A stretch of 63,650 nt of DNA, filler included, from Malassezia furfur (Eukaryota): assembly GCA_052055015.1 (NCBI GenBank). It is 13 parts of 13 records of this genome, joined end to end, with 100 filler letters (N's around TTAATTAATTAA, not from the genome) between each part and the next. Parts side by side here need not be neighbours in the genome. Positions count along the whole stretch, not along the records: positions 29,754 to 34,572 come from JBQJIT010000649.1; positions 34,673 to 39,477 come from JBQJIT010000650.1; positions 39,578 to 44,356 come from JBQJIT010000651.1; positions 44,457 to 49,220 come from JBQJIT010000652.1; 9 more parts are not named here. One strand, given 5' to 3'. The stretch's first letter is position 1. Each line of letters starts with the position of its first letter. Made by a program: the position numbers and the translations under genes. The notes under the pieces are model-generated. The model was not told where the DNA came from, ran no database searches, and saw only the letters and a program-made list of their open reading frames with translations. Positions 31,767-44,980 of this stretch are shown here, one piece after another.

Positions 31767-33253
31767 TTAGGCACGCTGGTAGAAGCGGCGGTACTTGTCG
31801 TCGACCTTCTCGAGGTAGTACGAGCCGGGCCACAAGTCCTCCAGGCTGCCCTTGGGGTCGTGCGCAACGGCGTTGTGCGTCTCCTCACGCGTCTTGAGCG
31901 CGTCGACGTAGGCGTTGCACGGCACGACCTGCATCGCAGCAAGGCGCTCCTTCAGGCGCAGCGCGTCGTGAATCTTCTGCGTAGAGCCAGCGACGCGCAC
32001 GACAAAGAACGACGCGGCACAGCCGGAGCCGAACGAGTACAGGAGAATGCGCTTGCCCTGCAGCTCATCACTGCTCTTGTTCGAAAGAATGGAAGCCAGA
32101 CCGCCGTACAGCGAGCCGGTGTACATGTTGCCGCAGCGGCGCACCGTGTCCATACCAGGCTCGAGCATCTCGGCGGCCATCGGCTTGGTGAGCGCCACGA
32201 ACTGCTTCTCGAGGTCCTTGTTCGTGATGGTTGACCGGCGCTCGAGGTCTTTGTACTCCTTCGGCACCTCGGCGTACTTCTCGTTGGTGGGGTCAGCAAG
32301 GTAGTCGTTGTAGAGCTGCGTGTCAGAAAACACCACGTACCAGACGCGAGAAGCCCTTCTGGACAAGCTTCGCGTAGGGCGAGTGCATCGCGACAAAGTC
32401 GACGTCGGCCAGGCTAAAGTTGGCGCGCGCGTCGCTCGACGTCTTGCTCTTGTTCAACGGCAGGCCCTTGGACTCGGCGAGCTTGCTGTACTTATTCCGG
32501 AATGCGTCGTACGCCATGTCGACCGAGCCCAGGTAGGTCTGCAGCGTCTCGGGGCCGTCCACGGTGGGGTATTCGGACGTGAGGTCCGGCTTGTAAAAGT
32601 CCCACGCATTGGCCATGTGCGTGCCGTGGATCGCTGCGTGTGAGTCAGGGATACGTACGCTCCACCACCAGCGGCGCGTTCGGGCCAATGAGCATAGCAA
32701 CAGAGCCTGCACCACCAACCGGGCGCGCGCTTCCCTCGGCGTAGATGGCAATGTCACCGGCGAACACGATGGCGTCGCGGCCGTCCCAGGAGCTGGACTC
32801 GACCCAGTTGACCGCGTTGAAGAGCGCGGCAGTACCACCGTAGCACGCGTTCTTCGAGTCAATGCCCTCAATGTCCGTGTTGCCGTGCGGCGCAAAGAGC
32901 TCCATGAGCATCGTCTTGACCGCCTTGGACTTGTCGATGATCGTCTCGGTACCGACATCGAGACGGCCGATCGACTTGGGGTCGATGTTGTAGTTCTCCA
33001 TCAGCTTCGACACGGCTGCATGTGAGTGGCGCGCACGTACCCGACAGCGCAAACGAGTTGATGTCCTCGCGGTCGTCCGTGAAGGCCATGTACTGCTGGC
33101 CGAAGCCGATGGTGTATTTGCCCTTCGACACACCATCAAACTCCTCCAAGTCTGCCTCGGAAATGCACTAGATGGTCAGACGACAAGACGTACGCGCTTG
33201 GGGAAGTACACTTCCATGGCTTTGATGCCAACGTTCTCAGGTCGCGAGGTCAT
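31767..33253 (-). CDS. ERG13: HMG-CoA synthase
   Basis: [52 protein letters not shown]; introns 33168-33193 (26 nt), 33016-33040, 32634-32658, 32316-32340 (25 each). Confidence 0.97.
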
Positions 33254-33397
33254 GGCCGATTCGATGCTGAATGCGAAGCTGCTAACGCGCGCCCCCGGAA
33301 GTTTCTGAACGTGGCATTATCTGCTTACGTAGGCCGACAAATGGCGTGGTTTCGCCCAGTCACGCGCGCCGCAGTCCCCCAACTCAAATTCGCGCAG

Positions 33398-34572
33398 CTA
33401 CGCAGGGCGATCGAGGGCGCGGCTCACGCCCCAGACCCATCCGTTGGGGTCCTCGCCCGAGGGTCCTGCCCGGGCATCCATTCGGTGTTTTTTGCGCGCC
33501 TCGACAAAGTCGGCCGGCGAGGCCGCATGCTCGTGGCGCCGCTTGAGCAACGCACTGTGCTCTTTCCGCGCACACACCGTCCGTAGCGTTTGACAGAAAT
33601 CGTGCCGATCCTGCATCCACGCCGACGAGACATGCCGGGAGCGCGCCCCCCGCCGTGCATCGCCGGCGCCGCGCTCGAGCTCGTCGATCGCGTCCATATC
33701 GGCAGAGAGCGTCGCCATGGCCGACGACGTCCAGCTCGCGGCACCTTCTTCGTAGTCGTCCAGGGCCGCCGCAAACTCGCTGTCCGCGCCATCGAGCCAC
33801 AAGTGGTCCATTTCGGCGGTCTCCGCGCCAAGCGCCGGCGGGATGTCGGACGGCCGCGCGCGGCGCGCACTGTGCCGTGGCGAGCGCCGCTCGGGACGAG
33901 CGTATGGATGTTTGAGCGAGGAGGGCAGGGTATACGAGTCGGGCCGCGGGCGCGGCACGAGCTGCTCGAGCGCAAAGTCGGCCCAGATGCTCACTTCGGC
34001 GCCCGCGTCGTGCGACCAAGCGCTGCGGAAGAGCGACGCGTAGGGCCGCGCGCTGGGCCCGGGCCCATAGTGCGGAAAGGGCCAGGTGGGCGGCTTCGGC
34101 ACCGACACAATCTGCGCGCGCATCTGCAGGTGCGGCGCGAGGCTGACGGAGCCGTCAGGGTGCAGCGTGTACGACGGGACCCCGGCCTGTGCCTCTTCGT
34201 CCGCGTCGGCGTCGTTCTTCTTGTCCTCGATCGCGGCGCGTGCACTCGCTGAGCCGGACGCGACGCGCATCAGCACATCCTCGCGCGCGGGGTCGTGTGC
34301 GGCATGCATCGCGAGTTTCGAGTGCATGCGTGGATCCAGTTTGGGCTGCGACGAGCCGGCGGGCTGCAGCGTGCTCGGCGCATGGTGAATAAAAAAGGGG
34401 TTTCCGAACGGGTACGAAGGATGCTGCTCGATCGGCAGGGTATCCGAGTCCAGGTCTTCGGTGGGCGGCAGAAGGTGCTCGGGCACCTGCACCACTTCGC
34501 CGTCGAGCGCGGGGATGGGCAGCTGCTCGGACTCGAGGAGCGGGTGCTGCAAGATGGGGTTATGGAAGCGCG
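33398..34572 (-). CDS. Unidentified protein, C-terminal part
   Basis: >380-aa open frame from contig edge with normal protein-like composition; family not recognised. Confidence 0.6.
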
Positions 34573-34672
34573 NNNNNNNNNNNNNNNNNNNNNNNNNNNN
34601 NNNNNNNNNNNNNNNNTTAATTAATTAANNNNNNNNNNNNNNNNNNNNNNNNNNNNNNNNNNNNNNNNNNNN
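34573..34672. other. Artificial contig spacer
   Basis: N44-TTAATTAATTAA-N44. Confidence 0.99.
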
Positions 34673-37600
34673 GCTCGGGGTGCTCGGGCGCAAGGAAGGC
34701 GCCGCGCGCGCCCTCGAGCAGGTGCGCGATGCGCCGCGGCGCCGCGGGCAGCGGACGCGGCGCACCCTCGTCGTGCAGCACGGCGAGCAGGCGGAGCACG
34801 GTGAGCGCCTGCTGCCGCAGCGCGACCGACGGCACACACAGCAGGTACACGGCGCACCCCTCGATCTCGTCGAGCGTATCGAGCGCGGGGTCCGGCGCGT
34901 CGTCGTAGCGCCGCTGCATCCACCACACGTCCAGCAAATCGATGAACAAACCGACCGTCTGCGTGAGCTTCGGGAGCAGCGTCTCGGCGTGCGGCACCAG
35001 CTCCCAGACGAAGCCGTCCTGGCGGATGGCCCAGCGCAGGTAGGCACGCACCACGCTGTGCGCCCGCTCGTTGCTCTGCCGCGCGATGCGCAGCAGCGCC
35101 GCGGCCGACGCACGCTGCAGCGCAGGCTCCGCACTGTACTGCGCACGAAACAGCGTCGTGAGCATCGTCGGCAGCGCCAGCGTCGGCGACGCACACAGCG
35201 GCCACGCGTCAAAGCACGCGCGCAGCAAGTCCAGGTACGCCTGCTGCTCGCGCGCATACACCACCGTAAATGCGCCGTGGACGTGCGTGCGCACCACAAA
35301 CTGCTCGCGGTCCAGCGCCGAACGGTCGCCGGGCACACTCGGCAGCGCCGTCCCGCGCGCCACGAGCGTGCGGGGGTCAAACACGCTCGTGTCCTTCACC
35401 TGGTAGTCGGCAATCAGCGCAATCTGCCCCATCACCTCGAAAAAGGTGGCGTACGCCGCGCCGATCGCCGCGCTGGGGTACGCCGGCGCGCCCAACGCGT
35501 CGGTCCGTGCCTCGGCCTCCGCCTCGGCCTCGCCCGCGCCCGCGTGCGGAAAGGGCGGCGCATCGCCCGTCGCGTAGCACTGCGCCGTGCGCCACACGGC
35601 ACGGATCGCGATGCGCATGCGCGTCGGCTGCAGCAGCTCCGGCTGGTGCACCACCGCACGGTCCTGGAACACGGTGTGGCGCAGCAGCTCGAGCACCTTG
35701 TCGCGTCCGTACTCAAACTGCCGGAAGAGCACATAGTGCAGCTGCGCGACGTTCGGGTCGAGGTGCGCGTCCGACGGCGCAATGCCCCCGCGCTGCGGCG
35801 TGAGCAGCTGCGCAAAGAAAGTGTCGAGGCGCTTGTGCGTCGCATTCGTGCCCTCGTGGCAGTGGAAGAGGTAGGCGTGCAGCAGCTGCGTCGCGCACTG
35901 CAGCGCCACCGGCCGCGCGCCGCGGTCCTTGACGTGCGCCTGCGCCGCGTCGAGGCACGCGGACCACTGCGCCATGAGCACCTCGGGCGGCGCCGCACAC
36001 AGCGCCGCGGTCCACAGCGGCTGCGCGACGCTCCAGTAGCGCGCGCGCGCCGCCATCTGCTGCGCCTTGGGCAGCAGCGCATGCAGCGCCGCCTCCCACG
36101 TCGGGTGGTGCCGCTCGGCAGACGCGGTGCTCGCGACGGGCAGTAGCAGCGCACATAGCACGCGCGCAAACGCCCGCTTGATGCGGTAGCCATGCGAGTG
36201 CGCAAAGAATTGCGCGAGCGCCGCCACCAGCTCCGCGCCCTCTTCAAACTGCTCCATGGGGTACACGGCAATACGCACGTAGCGCATCCCCAGGATCGCC
36301 GCCTCCGTCAGCAGCTCGTGGTCGCGCGAGGCGCTCATCGCGCTCGACTGCCGCAGGATCTGCACAAACTGGTCGCCCAACGCGGCAAGCCGCAGCCGCG
36401 AAAACGCACCGAGCACACGCGCCACCGTGTCAAAGCACTGCTGCTGCAGCGTCGCATGCAGCTGCGCCAGCGCCACGCGCTCGTTCGCGCGGTCCATCGA
36501 GCACAGGTGCAGCATGTGGAACAGCGCGCCGATCAGCGCGTCGGGGCACATCGCCTCGGCATCGTCGCCGGCACCCACGCGCTCGGGCACGGCATGCAGC
36601 AGCGCGCGGCTCACCAGGTAGGTCACAGCAAGCCGCTTGCGCCGCACGAGCGCATCGTCGAGCGCGCTCGACGGCGCGCCGCTCCCGGCATCGCTCCCGC
36701 GCCGTCGCATCGACGCGACACTCGAAGCAGGCGACGCATTCGGCGCGGTCGTCACACCCAGCGCCGCAACAGGCGCATCCATCGCCGCCGCTCGCCACGC
36801 CAGCAAGCTCTCCATCACCGGCACGGGGCTGTGCCGCGCCATGTGCCCCAGCGCATCCAGCACCGCGTCAAAGTGCGCCGCATGCATCGACGTGGGGAAC
36901 AGCGCACGCATCGCATCCACGCCGTGCGCCGTGTGCAGCACCGCCGCAAGCGCATCGTCCGCTGCCGCGCCAAAACGGCGCAGCACCTGTTCGAGCGCAA
37001 ATGCGAGCGGCGTATGCACCCCACCGACGGACGCGCGCGGCACAACGTCTACCAGCGCACCGCGCCGCACGCCCAGTGCCTCGGCACCCACGTCGCTCGC
37101 CTCATCGCCCAGTGCCCAGTCCGACGCGCCGGTCGCGTCGGGCAGCGACACAAACGTGTCGCTACCTGGCAGCGGCGGCGGGCCGTGCACGCTGTTGGGC
37201 GACAAGCTGCCCGCCTCGAGCGAGTGCTCGGAAAAGTGCGAGCCGTGCCGTGCGTGCTGCCGCGCGCGGGCGCTGCGGCTGGGGCTGCGCAGCGATGACG
37301 CACCGAGCGACATGTCGGCATCTGCCGCCGACGCCGCAGACGTCGACGCCTGACTCGCCGACTTCGCATGCCGCCGTGCAGGACGCGCAAGGCCCGTAAC
37401 CTGTGCAAGCCCCGACGCGGCGCTGTCCGCGCCGCGCGGCGTCACGCGCCGCGCGTCTTCGGGCGACATGGGGTCGTGCGCCGACTGCCCTTTGATTGCG
37501 GCGCGCAGCGACGCAAACGAGGACTTTTTGACCGGGAACGAGAACGGGGTCGTGGGTGTGCGGTCACTCGTGCGCGGGGGGGTCGCAAAGTAGTCGAGCG

Positions 37601-37805
37601 CCGCGCCGTAGCGCGCCGCGTCGCCGCTCGGCGCGCCGGCCGTCGGTGTGCGCAGGCGCCGCGCGTCATCTACAGGCGTCGACCGCCCATCGCTTGCACT
37701 CCACGTGCCTGGGCTCTGGAGCGGCGGGGGCGGAGCGAGCGCCGTGTCTGCGAACCACTCGGCGTCGTCCAAGTCGGGGATCACCACCTGCCCCTCGTCG
37801 TCCAT
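34673..37805 (-). CDS. TAO3: RAM/MOR network scaffold Tao3/Mor2/Furry, N-terminal part
   Basis: Start MDDEGQVVIPDLDD; LGHMARHSPVPVMESLLAWR, ILGMRYVRIAVYP, FAHSHGYRIK, EIEGCAVYLLC. Confidence 0.88.
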
Positions 37806-37883
37806 CGCGCCGCTCGCACGGTGGCGTGCTGAGTCAGCAAAAAAACCGCGGCGACGCTCTTCGTAGCTCCCTCCACGGTCGCG

Positions 37884-39477
37884 ATGCCCAAGCGGACGCA
37901 GCGCGAGCCGCTCGTCGCGGGGGCGCTGCGCAGTGCGGGGCTGATCGACAAAGAGTCGAGTATGCCGATCGATGATGACGGCAGTGCCTCCGGGCCGCAG
38001 CTCAAGCGCGGGCAGCGCCGGCGCCTTGCGCGCGAGGCCGCCGACCCGGTCGGCAAGCGCCCAGCGGCCGCGCGGCGCGGCGTCAACATCAACAACCTCG
38101 CGCGCCCTGCGAACCAGCGTGCCAATGCCAAGCCGCTGGCTGAGCGTGTCGCGGGCGGCGGCGCGACGGCGGACGTCAAGCCCCAGACCAACGTCGTCCA
38201 GACGCTGCGCACCTTCCTGCAGCAGCGCTACGACGCCGCCGCAGGGCTGCTCAACCTCGAGAACATGCAGCAGGATGCAGTGCTTGCCGAAGCGAACATC
38301 AAGCCGCCCGGTGCGCCCGGTGCGCACAAGGACCTCGGCACCGCGATATGGAAGCTGAGCAGCGAAATGTTCCCGAACCTCACCACGCTCTCGCTGGCGA
38401 ACAACGCACTGACCTCGCTGCAGTCGCTCACTACGCTTGGGCAGTACCTGCCCAAGCTCGCGAACCTGTCGCTCGAGCGCAACGAGCTGCGCTGGGTGCG
38501 CGACTTGGACGTGCTCGCGTCCAAGCGGCACGGCCTGCACGCGCTCACGGAGCTGTTGCTCGTCGGCAATCCGATGGAGCAGAGCGCCGTCGACGCGGGC
38601 AACACGGACGGCTATCGCCGCGATGTGCTCGCCAAGTTCCCGTCGCTGCGCATCCTCGACCGGCGGCCGGTGAGCGACGTGGAGCACGGCTTCTCGCAGC
38701 TGTTCCGTGGACGCAGCGCCAAGAAGGCGGGGCCCGAGGCCGCGCAGGTGCCGCTGCGCAACTTTCCGCTGCAGCTCAAGCCGGGCTTTGTGGACGGGGA
38801 CGCGGCGCAGGTCGTGCCCGAGTTTCTGTCGAGCTTCTTTGCGCGCTACGACCAGGACCGCGCGCAGCTCGCGCCGGTATACAGCGCGAATGCGCGCTTC
38901 TCCTTCGCGCTCAACAGCAGCCCGCCGCCGCGTGCGCGTGCCGAGCGCCTGATGCACACGATGCCGCACCAAAAGGAGCTCGTGTTTGACCGCTACATCG
39001 ACCTCGGCTCGCGCAACATCCTCCGCTCCCACAACACCAAGGCGCTCCTGCGCAACCTGCACCATGGCGCCTCGGCCATTGTCGCATTCTTGCAGCGCCT
39101 GCCCAAAACCACCCACCCGCTCCACGACGCGTCCAAGTTTGTTGTGGACGCCTGGGTCCTCCCCAACGTCGACGTCCACGCCTACACCGCCGCCAACGAG
39201 CGGCCCGACGCCCTCTTGTACATTACGGTGCACGGCGAGTTTGCCGAGGCGCCCTCGCAGGGCCTCCGCTCGTTCGACCGCACGTTCGTCGTGGCGCCCG
39301 CCGCGCCCACGTCGGAGGCGGCGCAGAACGGCTGGCCGTGCACGATCGTGTCCGACATGCTCACCATCCGGCACTACTCGAAGCCAACCGCGTGGCAGCC
39401 AGACACACTCCCCGTGGGACCCGTGGACGCGGCGCAGATGCCCGCGCCGCCGCCACCCGCCGCCGCCGCGCCGGCCC
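37884..39477 (+). CDS. MEX67: mRNA export factor Mex67/NXF1 (LRR + NTF2-like), 3' truncated
   Basis: FLQQRYD...LLNL, TLSLANN, LPKLANLSL, ELLLVGNP, FPSLRILD, LPKTTH, HGEFAE, LRSFDRTFVV. Confidence 0.95.
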
Positions 39478-39577
39478 NNNNNNNNNNNNNNNNNNNNNNN
39501 NNNNNNNNNNNNNNNNNNNNNTTAATTAATTAANNNNNNNNNNNNNNNNNNNNNNNNNNNNNNNNNNNNNNNNNNNN
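39478..39577. other. Artificial contig spacer
   Basis: N44-TTAATTAATTAA-N44. Confidence 0.99.
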
Positions 39578-39716
39578 CGCGAGCCGAGTGCGGAAGCGGC
39601 GAGCGTTTAGCCACAGCCCGGCGCACCCTCCGCGGCGCGGCCCGCCGGCGGTGCCCGCCGCTCGTGCGCCTGGTGCGTCTATGGTGACTCCATGTTCATA
39701 GTGCGTCACTCTACCG

Positions 39717-41411
39717 CTATTGCAATCCCCGTGCGCGGTACAACAAAATGTACGCCACCGAATCCTCGCCGCCGCCATAGAGCGTCTGGATCTTGTCCGA
39801 GTTGACCACCGCGACCTTGTCGTCGTTGAAGTGGTACCACTCGTTCGAAGGCAGCGTGTCAAACTCGTCGCCAGACGCATTCTCCTTGCGCACCCACGAC
39901 ATGTAGTGCCCGGCGTCGGCCGCCGCGCCCTTGTGCGTGACGATCGCCGCAAGGTCGTACAGCGCGCTCGGGTTGCACCCCGTGTCGCTCTTCAGCTCGG
40001 GGTCGATCAGCGCCTCGATGTCGGCGCGCTCCTTAGCCCGCAGCGCACGCTCCTCGTCGTCGGTGATCGCGTTGCCCTCTTGCCGCTCGGGCGCGTCGGC
40101 AGGCGCGTCGGCGGGCGCATCGCCCGACGCGTCGCGCGCCTTGGACGCGTCTTGCTGGCGCGCCTTGACGCGACGGCGCACCTTGGCGCGCTCCTCACGT
40201 TCCTTCGCCACCGCCTTGACCTTCTGGCTGAGCGGCGCGACGCGCTGCTTCAGGTCGTCGGTCGCAAACACGCTCGCGTCCAGCTCGAGCGGGAACTTGA
40301 CCTTGCGCATAATCTTGGTTTTTCTGCGTGAGTCGCGGCGACGTACTTGTTAATGTCGCGGCGCCAGTAGAAGCGCACAAAGTGCACCGACAGGTACATG
40401 GGGAGGCGCGCAATGCGGCTCTGCTCGGTGTACAGCGCCGTGCGGCCGAGGTGCTCCGAGTGCTTTTCGATCTGCTGCGTGAGCGTCTCGAGGATGCCCG
40501 CGGTCATCTCGTTCGTGGTGTTCGAGATGTTGCACTGCAGCACCAGGAACGGATCGCTGTGCTGCGTCTTGGGCTCCTCGGGCGCTTCGGGAATCGAACG
40601 TCTGATCGGTCAGCCGCGCGCCACGTACTCAATCGACATGTGCCCGGTAAGGTACTCTTGCACAAAGCGGTCTTGACCGCCGTTCAGCGCGAGGTAGGCG
40701 CCGAGCGCGTTGAGGATGCGCACGTACGCCTCCTCGGCGTCCTGCTGCGCAAAGCCGCCGCCGCCCTGCGCCATCTCGGCAAACTGCGGCGCGACCTTGC
40801 GCAGCAGCGTCAGGAACACCAGCGGCGGGAACGCCTCGGGCGCCTTGTTCATCTCGCGGAACAGGTCGCGCAGCGACGCCGTGAGGCTCGCCTCGCCGTC
40901 GCTCGCACCGACGCTGCCCGCGTACTGCTCGAGCGCCGTGTTCAGCTCGGGAATGCACCGCAGCACCTGGAGCGTCGAGTTCAGATAGCACGTATTGCCC
41001 AGGTTCACAAGCCCGACCTTGTGGCCGCTCTGTGGTAAGCCCATATACACGTACAGCCTGCGCAATCTCATCGTCCTGCATGTCTTCGAGGAACTGCACG
41101 GGCTTCGCCGGCGCCTGCGGCAGCGCACCTGCGGCACCCAGCACCATAAACTGCTGACCCTGTGTGAGCGCCACGACGTACCGCACGCGCGCCAATCTTG
41201 GACAGGTCCGTGTCGTCCTTGAGCAGACCACCCTTGACCATCACCTTCTGGCGCTCCGGCGGGACGTGCGTCAGCTCGGCAATCGCGTCCTTGAACGCGC
41301 GGCCCTGCGCACTTGTGTCGAGCTGCACATCGTACTGCGTCAGACAAACACGCCACGCACCACTTTCCCGTTGTGCTTTACTTTCACCGGAACCGTGCTC
41401 ATCTTGGCCAT
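39717..41411 (-). CDS. UBP6: Proteasome-associated deubiquitinase Ubp6/USP14
   Basis: UBL VPPERQKVMVKGG, GLVNLGNTCYLNS, QQDAEE, VTHKG..ADAGHY; introns 41335-41360 (26 nt), 41160-41181 (22), 41030-41054 (25), 40602-40628 (27), 40324-40346 (23); start may be 41402. Confidence 0.96.
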
Positions 41412-41505
41412 GAGCGACGCTAGGGCGCTGCGCGCCGCACCGCGACGCGTGGCTCGACCGTTGCGCTCGGCCGAAGAAAAAAAGTGGTGCCCCTTCAGCT
41501 CCACG

Positions 41506-43536
41506 ATGGCCAAGGTCGCGAAGCGCACCAAAAAGTTCGTCAAGAACCGGCTCGAGCAGACGCTGCAGGAGCGGCGCGACCACAAGAAGCGCTCGGCGCA
41601 TGTGCGCGAGCGCCAGGCCAAGCAGTCGCGCCGGCCTGAGCGTGCGGCGAACCACGACGACGAAGAGGACGACGCGCCGGTGCACGACGCACCGCAGGAC
41701 ACGTGCGTGTAGAATGACTGACGCAGGCCCGCCAACGACGTGGATGCCTTTTTGCAGGGCGGATTCGAGGCCGACATGGGCAGCGAGAGTGAGGACGACG
41801 AGGCGAGTGCCGCAGACGACGACGACCTCGACGCGATGGACGACGTGTCGGACGACGAGGGCGGGCATGTGCAGGACCTCGAGAAGCTCAAAGAGACCGA
41901 CCCCGAGTTCTACAAGTACCTCCAAGAGAACGACCGCGACCTGCTGCAGTTTGGCCAGGGCGGTGACGAGGCGGAGGCGATGGACGCCGACGACGACGAG
42001 GAGGAGGCGGAGGCGAGCGACGAGGACACCATCCCTGTCGTGACGCCCGAGATGCTGCGCCAGTGGCAGCGTGCGCTGCTGCGGCACAACTCGCTGCGTG
42101 CGCTGCGCCGCCTGCTGCTCGCGTTCCGCTCGGCGGTGTACACAGGCGACGAGGAGGGCGAGTATGCCTACCGCATCGAGGACGGCCCCATCTTCTCCAA
42201 GGTGCTGCTCACCACGCTGAAATACACGCCCAAGGTCGTTGCGCACCACGCGCCGGCGCGGCGCATGCCTGACGGCCGGTACAAGGTGCCGACGCACACG
42301 AAGAAGTGGAGCACGTTGGTGCGCCCCATCCGGAGCTTCTTCTTGAGCGTGGTGCAGCTGCTCAAGACGCTGCCGGAAGCCGACATGGTGTATGTTGCGC
42401 TCACCGAATCGGCCAAGATGATTCCCTACCTGCACCAGGACCGCCGCGTGGCGCGCGAGTACATCAAGCAGCTGCTGCACCACTGGAGCAGTGGGCAGGA
42501 CAAGGTGCGCCTCGCGGCCTTTTCGTGCCTGTATGTCGCGACGAGTGCGGCGGCGGACGAGATGGTCGACTTCTGCCTCAAGGGTGCCTACCACACGCTC
42601 GTGCGCAGCACCAAGCAGACGACGCCGCACACGATGCCCAACATTGTGCTGATGAAGAACACGGCGTGCGAGCTGTTTACGCTGCACCCCGACGCCGCGT
42701 ACCAGCAAGCGTTTGGCTTCATCCGGCAACTAGCCATCTCGCTGCGCAACTGCCTCAAGCTCAAGACCAAGGAGCAGTTCCAGAGCGTGCTCAACTGGCC
42801 GTACCTGCACTGCCTCGACTTCTGGTCGATGGTGCTCGCCAAGACGTGCTGTGACGAGCGCGAAGAGGACGGGCCGAGCTACATGCGCCCGCTCATCTAC
42901 CCCCTCGTGCAGGTGGCGCTCGGTGTCGCACGCCTCGTGCCCATCTCGCGCTACTTCCCGCTGCGCCTGCACATCGTGCGCGCGATGCTGCGTGTGATGC
43001 AGGCCGCGCACGTGTATATCCCGCTGGCGGCGCTCGTGCTCGAGGTGTTTGAAAGCCCCGAGTTCCAGCGGCGCGCCAAGGGCGCGACGCTCAAGCCGCT
43101 CGATCTCGCGACGACCTTCCGTGCGCCGGTCGCGTACGTGCGCACGCGCATCTACGCCGAACAGCTCGCCGACGAGTTTGCGTTCGTCCTGCACGAGTTC
43201 CTCGCGACGCAGGCGCGCAGCATTGCCTTCCCTGAGCTGATCATCCCCGTCACGACGCAGCTGCGGCGCGTGCTCAAGACCGGGCACAACGTGCGCATGG
43301 CCGAGGCGCTGCGCCCCGTGCTCGACAAAGCCCAGCAGAACGCCGTGTGGATCGAGCAGCGGCGGCAGGGCATCGAGTTTGCGCCGCACGACCACGTGCA
43401 GGTCGAGCGGTTCCTCGTAAACGACACGGCCGAGGCGCCGCTCGATGCGGCGCTGCGCCTCGCGCGCAAGGTGCGCGTGCAGAAGCAAAAGCTGCTGGAG
43501 CAGAACGCACACGTCGTGGGCGACGACGAAGAATAG
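41506..43536 (+). CDS. NOC2: Nucleolar complex protein 2
   Basis: TKKFVKNRL, LKETDPEFYKYLQEND..LLQF, YQQAFGFIRQLAI.LRN, LIYPLVQV, SIAFPEL; intron 41703-41726 (24 nt). Confidence 0.95.
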
Positions 43537-43557
43537 CTTCTTAGCCCGTCCTATCTC

Positions 43558-44356
43558 CTAGTATTCGTGCAGCGAGCGCTCGAGCGCCGCGCGCAGCGCA
43601 GCGTCCTCGTCGTCTTCTGCCACGGCTGCCGCATCGCTCGAGCGCCGCGACGCGCCGTGCGGCTCGTCGAGGTGCCAGCTGTGCGCGAGGCTCGGCGGGC
43701 TGCGCAGCGCATGGCGCGAGCCACTCGGCTCCGCGGCGCGCAGCATCGGCGAGCGGGCCGCCCATGCGCCGATCGACGCCGGCGAGCGCCCCGTGCGGTC
43801 CGGTAGCGAGCTCGGGCGCATCTCGGGCCAGTCGCGCTCGCTGTCGAGCTGCAGCGGCGTGCTGCTCAGAGACGAGGTGTGCGTCGACGCAGGGCTCGTG
43901 CCGAACCGCGCGCTGCGCGGTACCGCGACGGTGCGCAGCTTGCTATGGGCGCCCAGATGGTCGCTCGTGTTGCGTGTGTGGACGCCAGCGTGGTGCAGCG
44001 TGTCCCATGCGCGCGACGGGGGCGACGCAAGGTGCGAGAGCGTCGGCGAGACGATCGGCGCCGCGTCGCTGTCGCCGTCGCCGATCTCGAGGTGCAGCTC
44101 ATCGTAGAGCAGTTCGTACGGCAAATCGCCATCATCTGTGGGCGGCGGCGGCGGCGGCACCGCCGTCTCGCGCGAGAGCATCAACGCATAGTCCAGTGCG
44201 TCGTCCTCGTCGAGCGTGCCCTGGATCGCGGCACGCGCCGCAGCACGCTCGGCCTCGGCCGCCGCCTGCTCGCTGCGCTCCGCGTCAAGCAGCGCCTGCT
44301 CCTCATGCACGACGCGCTCCCACTCGGCACGCGCGCGCCCGCGGTCGGTAGCGGCG
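43558..44356 (-). CDS. C-terminal part of a protein with two UIM-like motifs (possibly an F-box/WD40 protein)
   Basis: DEDDALDYALMLSRE and EDDEDAALRAALERSLHEY; the F-box/WD40 assignment is inference only. Confidence 0.55.
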
Positions 44357-44456
44357 NNNNNNNNNNNNNNNNNNNNNNNNNNNNNNNNNNNNNNNNNNNN
44401 TTAATTAATTAANNNNNNNNNNNNNNNNNNNNNNNNNNNNNNNNNNNNNNNNNNNN
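44357..44456. other. Artificial contig spacer
   Basis: N44-TTAATTAATTAA-N44. Confidence 0.99.
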
Positions 44457-44775
44457 CGACAAGGCGGCGCCGGCCACGAACGGCACCGCGCGTGGGCCCG
44501 AGCCCGCGCAGGCCCGGCAGCTGCACTACTCGGTCACGGGCGGCGGCGGCGGCATCCTGATGCTCCTCGACCGCGAGCCGTCCAAGCCGTTTGCCAAGGT
44601 CACCATGCACGGCAACGACGAGTCGAGCACCGCGCAGGAGCAGCAAGAGACCGCAGATGCCCTCAAGTCTGCGCCGGATACCGATGAAAAGGCGCCGACG
44701 GGCGTGGCGGGCACCGAGCGTGCCGAGGGCCAGGCGGACGACGTCGAGATGTCCGAGGCGCCCGAAGCGAGGTAG
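44457..44775 (+). CDS. RPN2: Probable C-terminus of proteasome base subunit Rpn2
   Basis: GGGGILMLLDREP followed by an acidic tail, resembling fungal Rpn2 ends. Confidence 0.55.
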
Positions 44776-44812
44776 ACACCGTAGGCTACCCAGATTGACT
44801 GTGCACATGCGC

Positions 44813-44934
44813 GCAGGCCGAGCTGCCTGCGGGCCGAGCCTCCTGCGGGCCGAGCCGCCGCGGGCCGAGTTGCCGTGGGCCGAGTCGCCGTGGGCCGAGC
44901 CGTCGCAGGCCGAGGCGCCACGGGCCGAGTCGCC
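44813..44934. repeat. Intergenic minisatellite, 8 copies of a 15-16 bp unit
   Basis: Units such as GCGGGCCGAGTTGCC and GTGGGCCGAGTCGCC; invariant core GGCCGAG. Confidence 0.85.
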
Positions 44935-44980
44935 CACCCTCTGGCACACAGCCCCGCCTGCCTGTGGTCCACGCTACGTC

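Noticed and set aside
37806..39374. 1585-aa ORF suggesting a long N-terminal extension of TAO3
   Set aside because: The extra part is the antisense shadow of MEX67; the likely start is ATG 37805
44813..44934. CRISPR-like array
   Set aside because: Eukaryotic context, 7-bp core, no unique spacers, no cas genes
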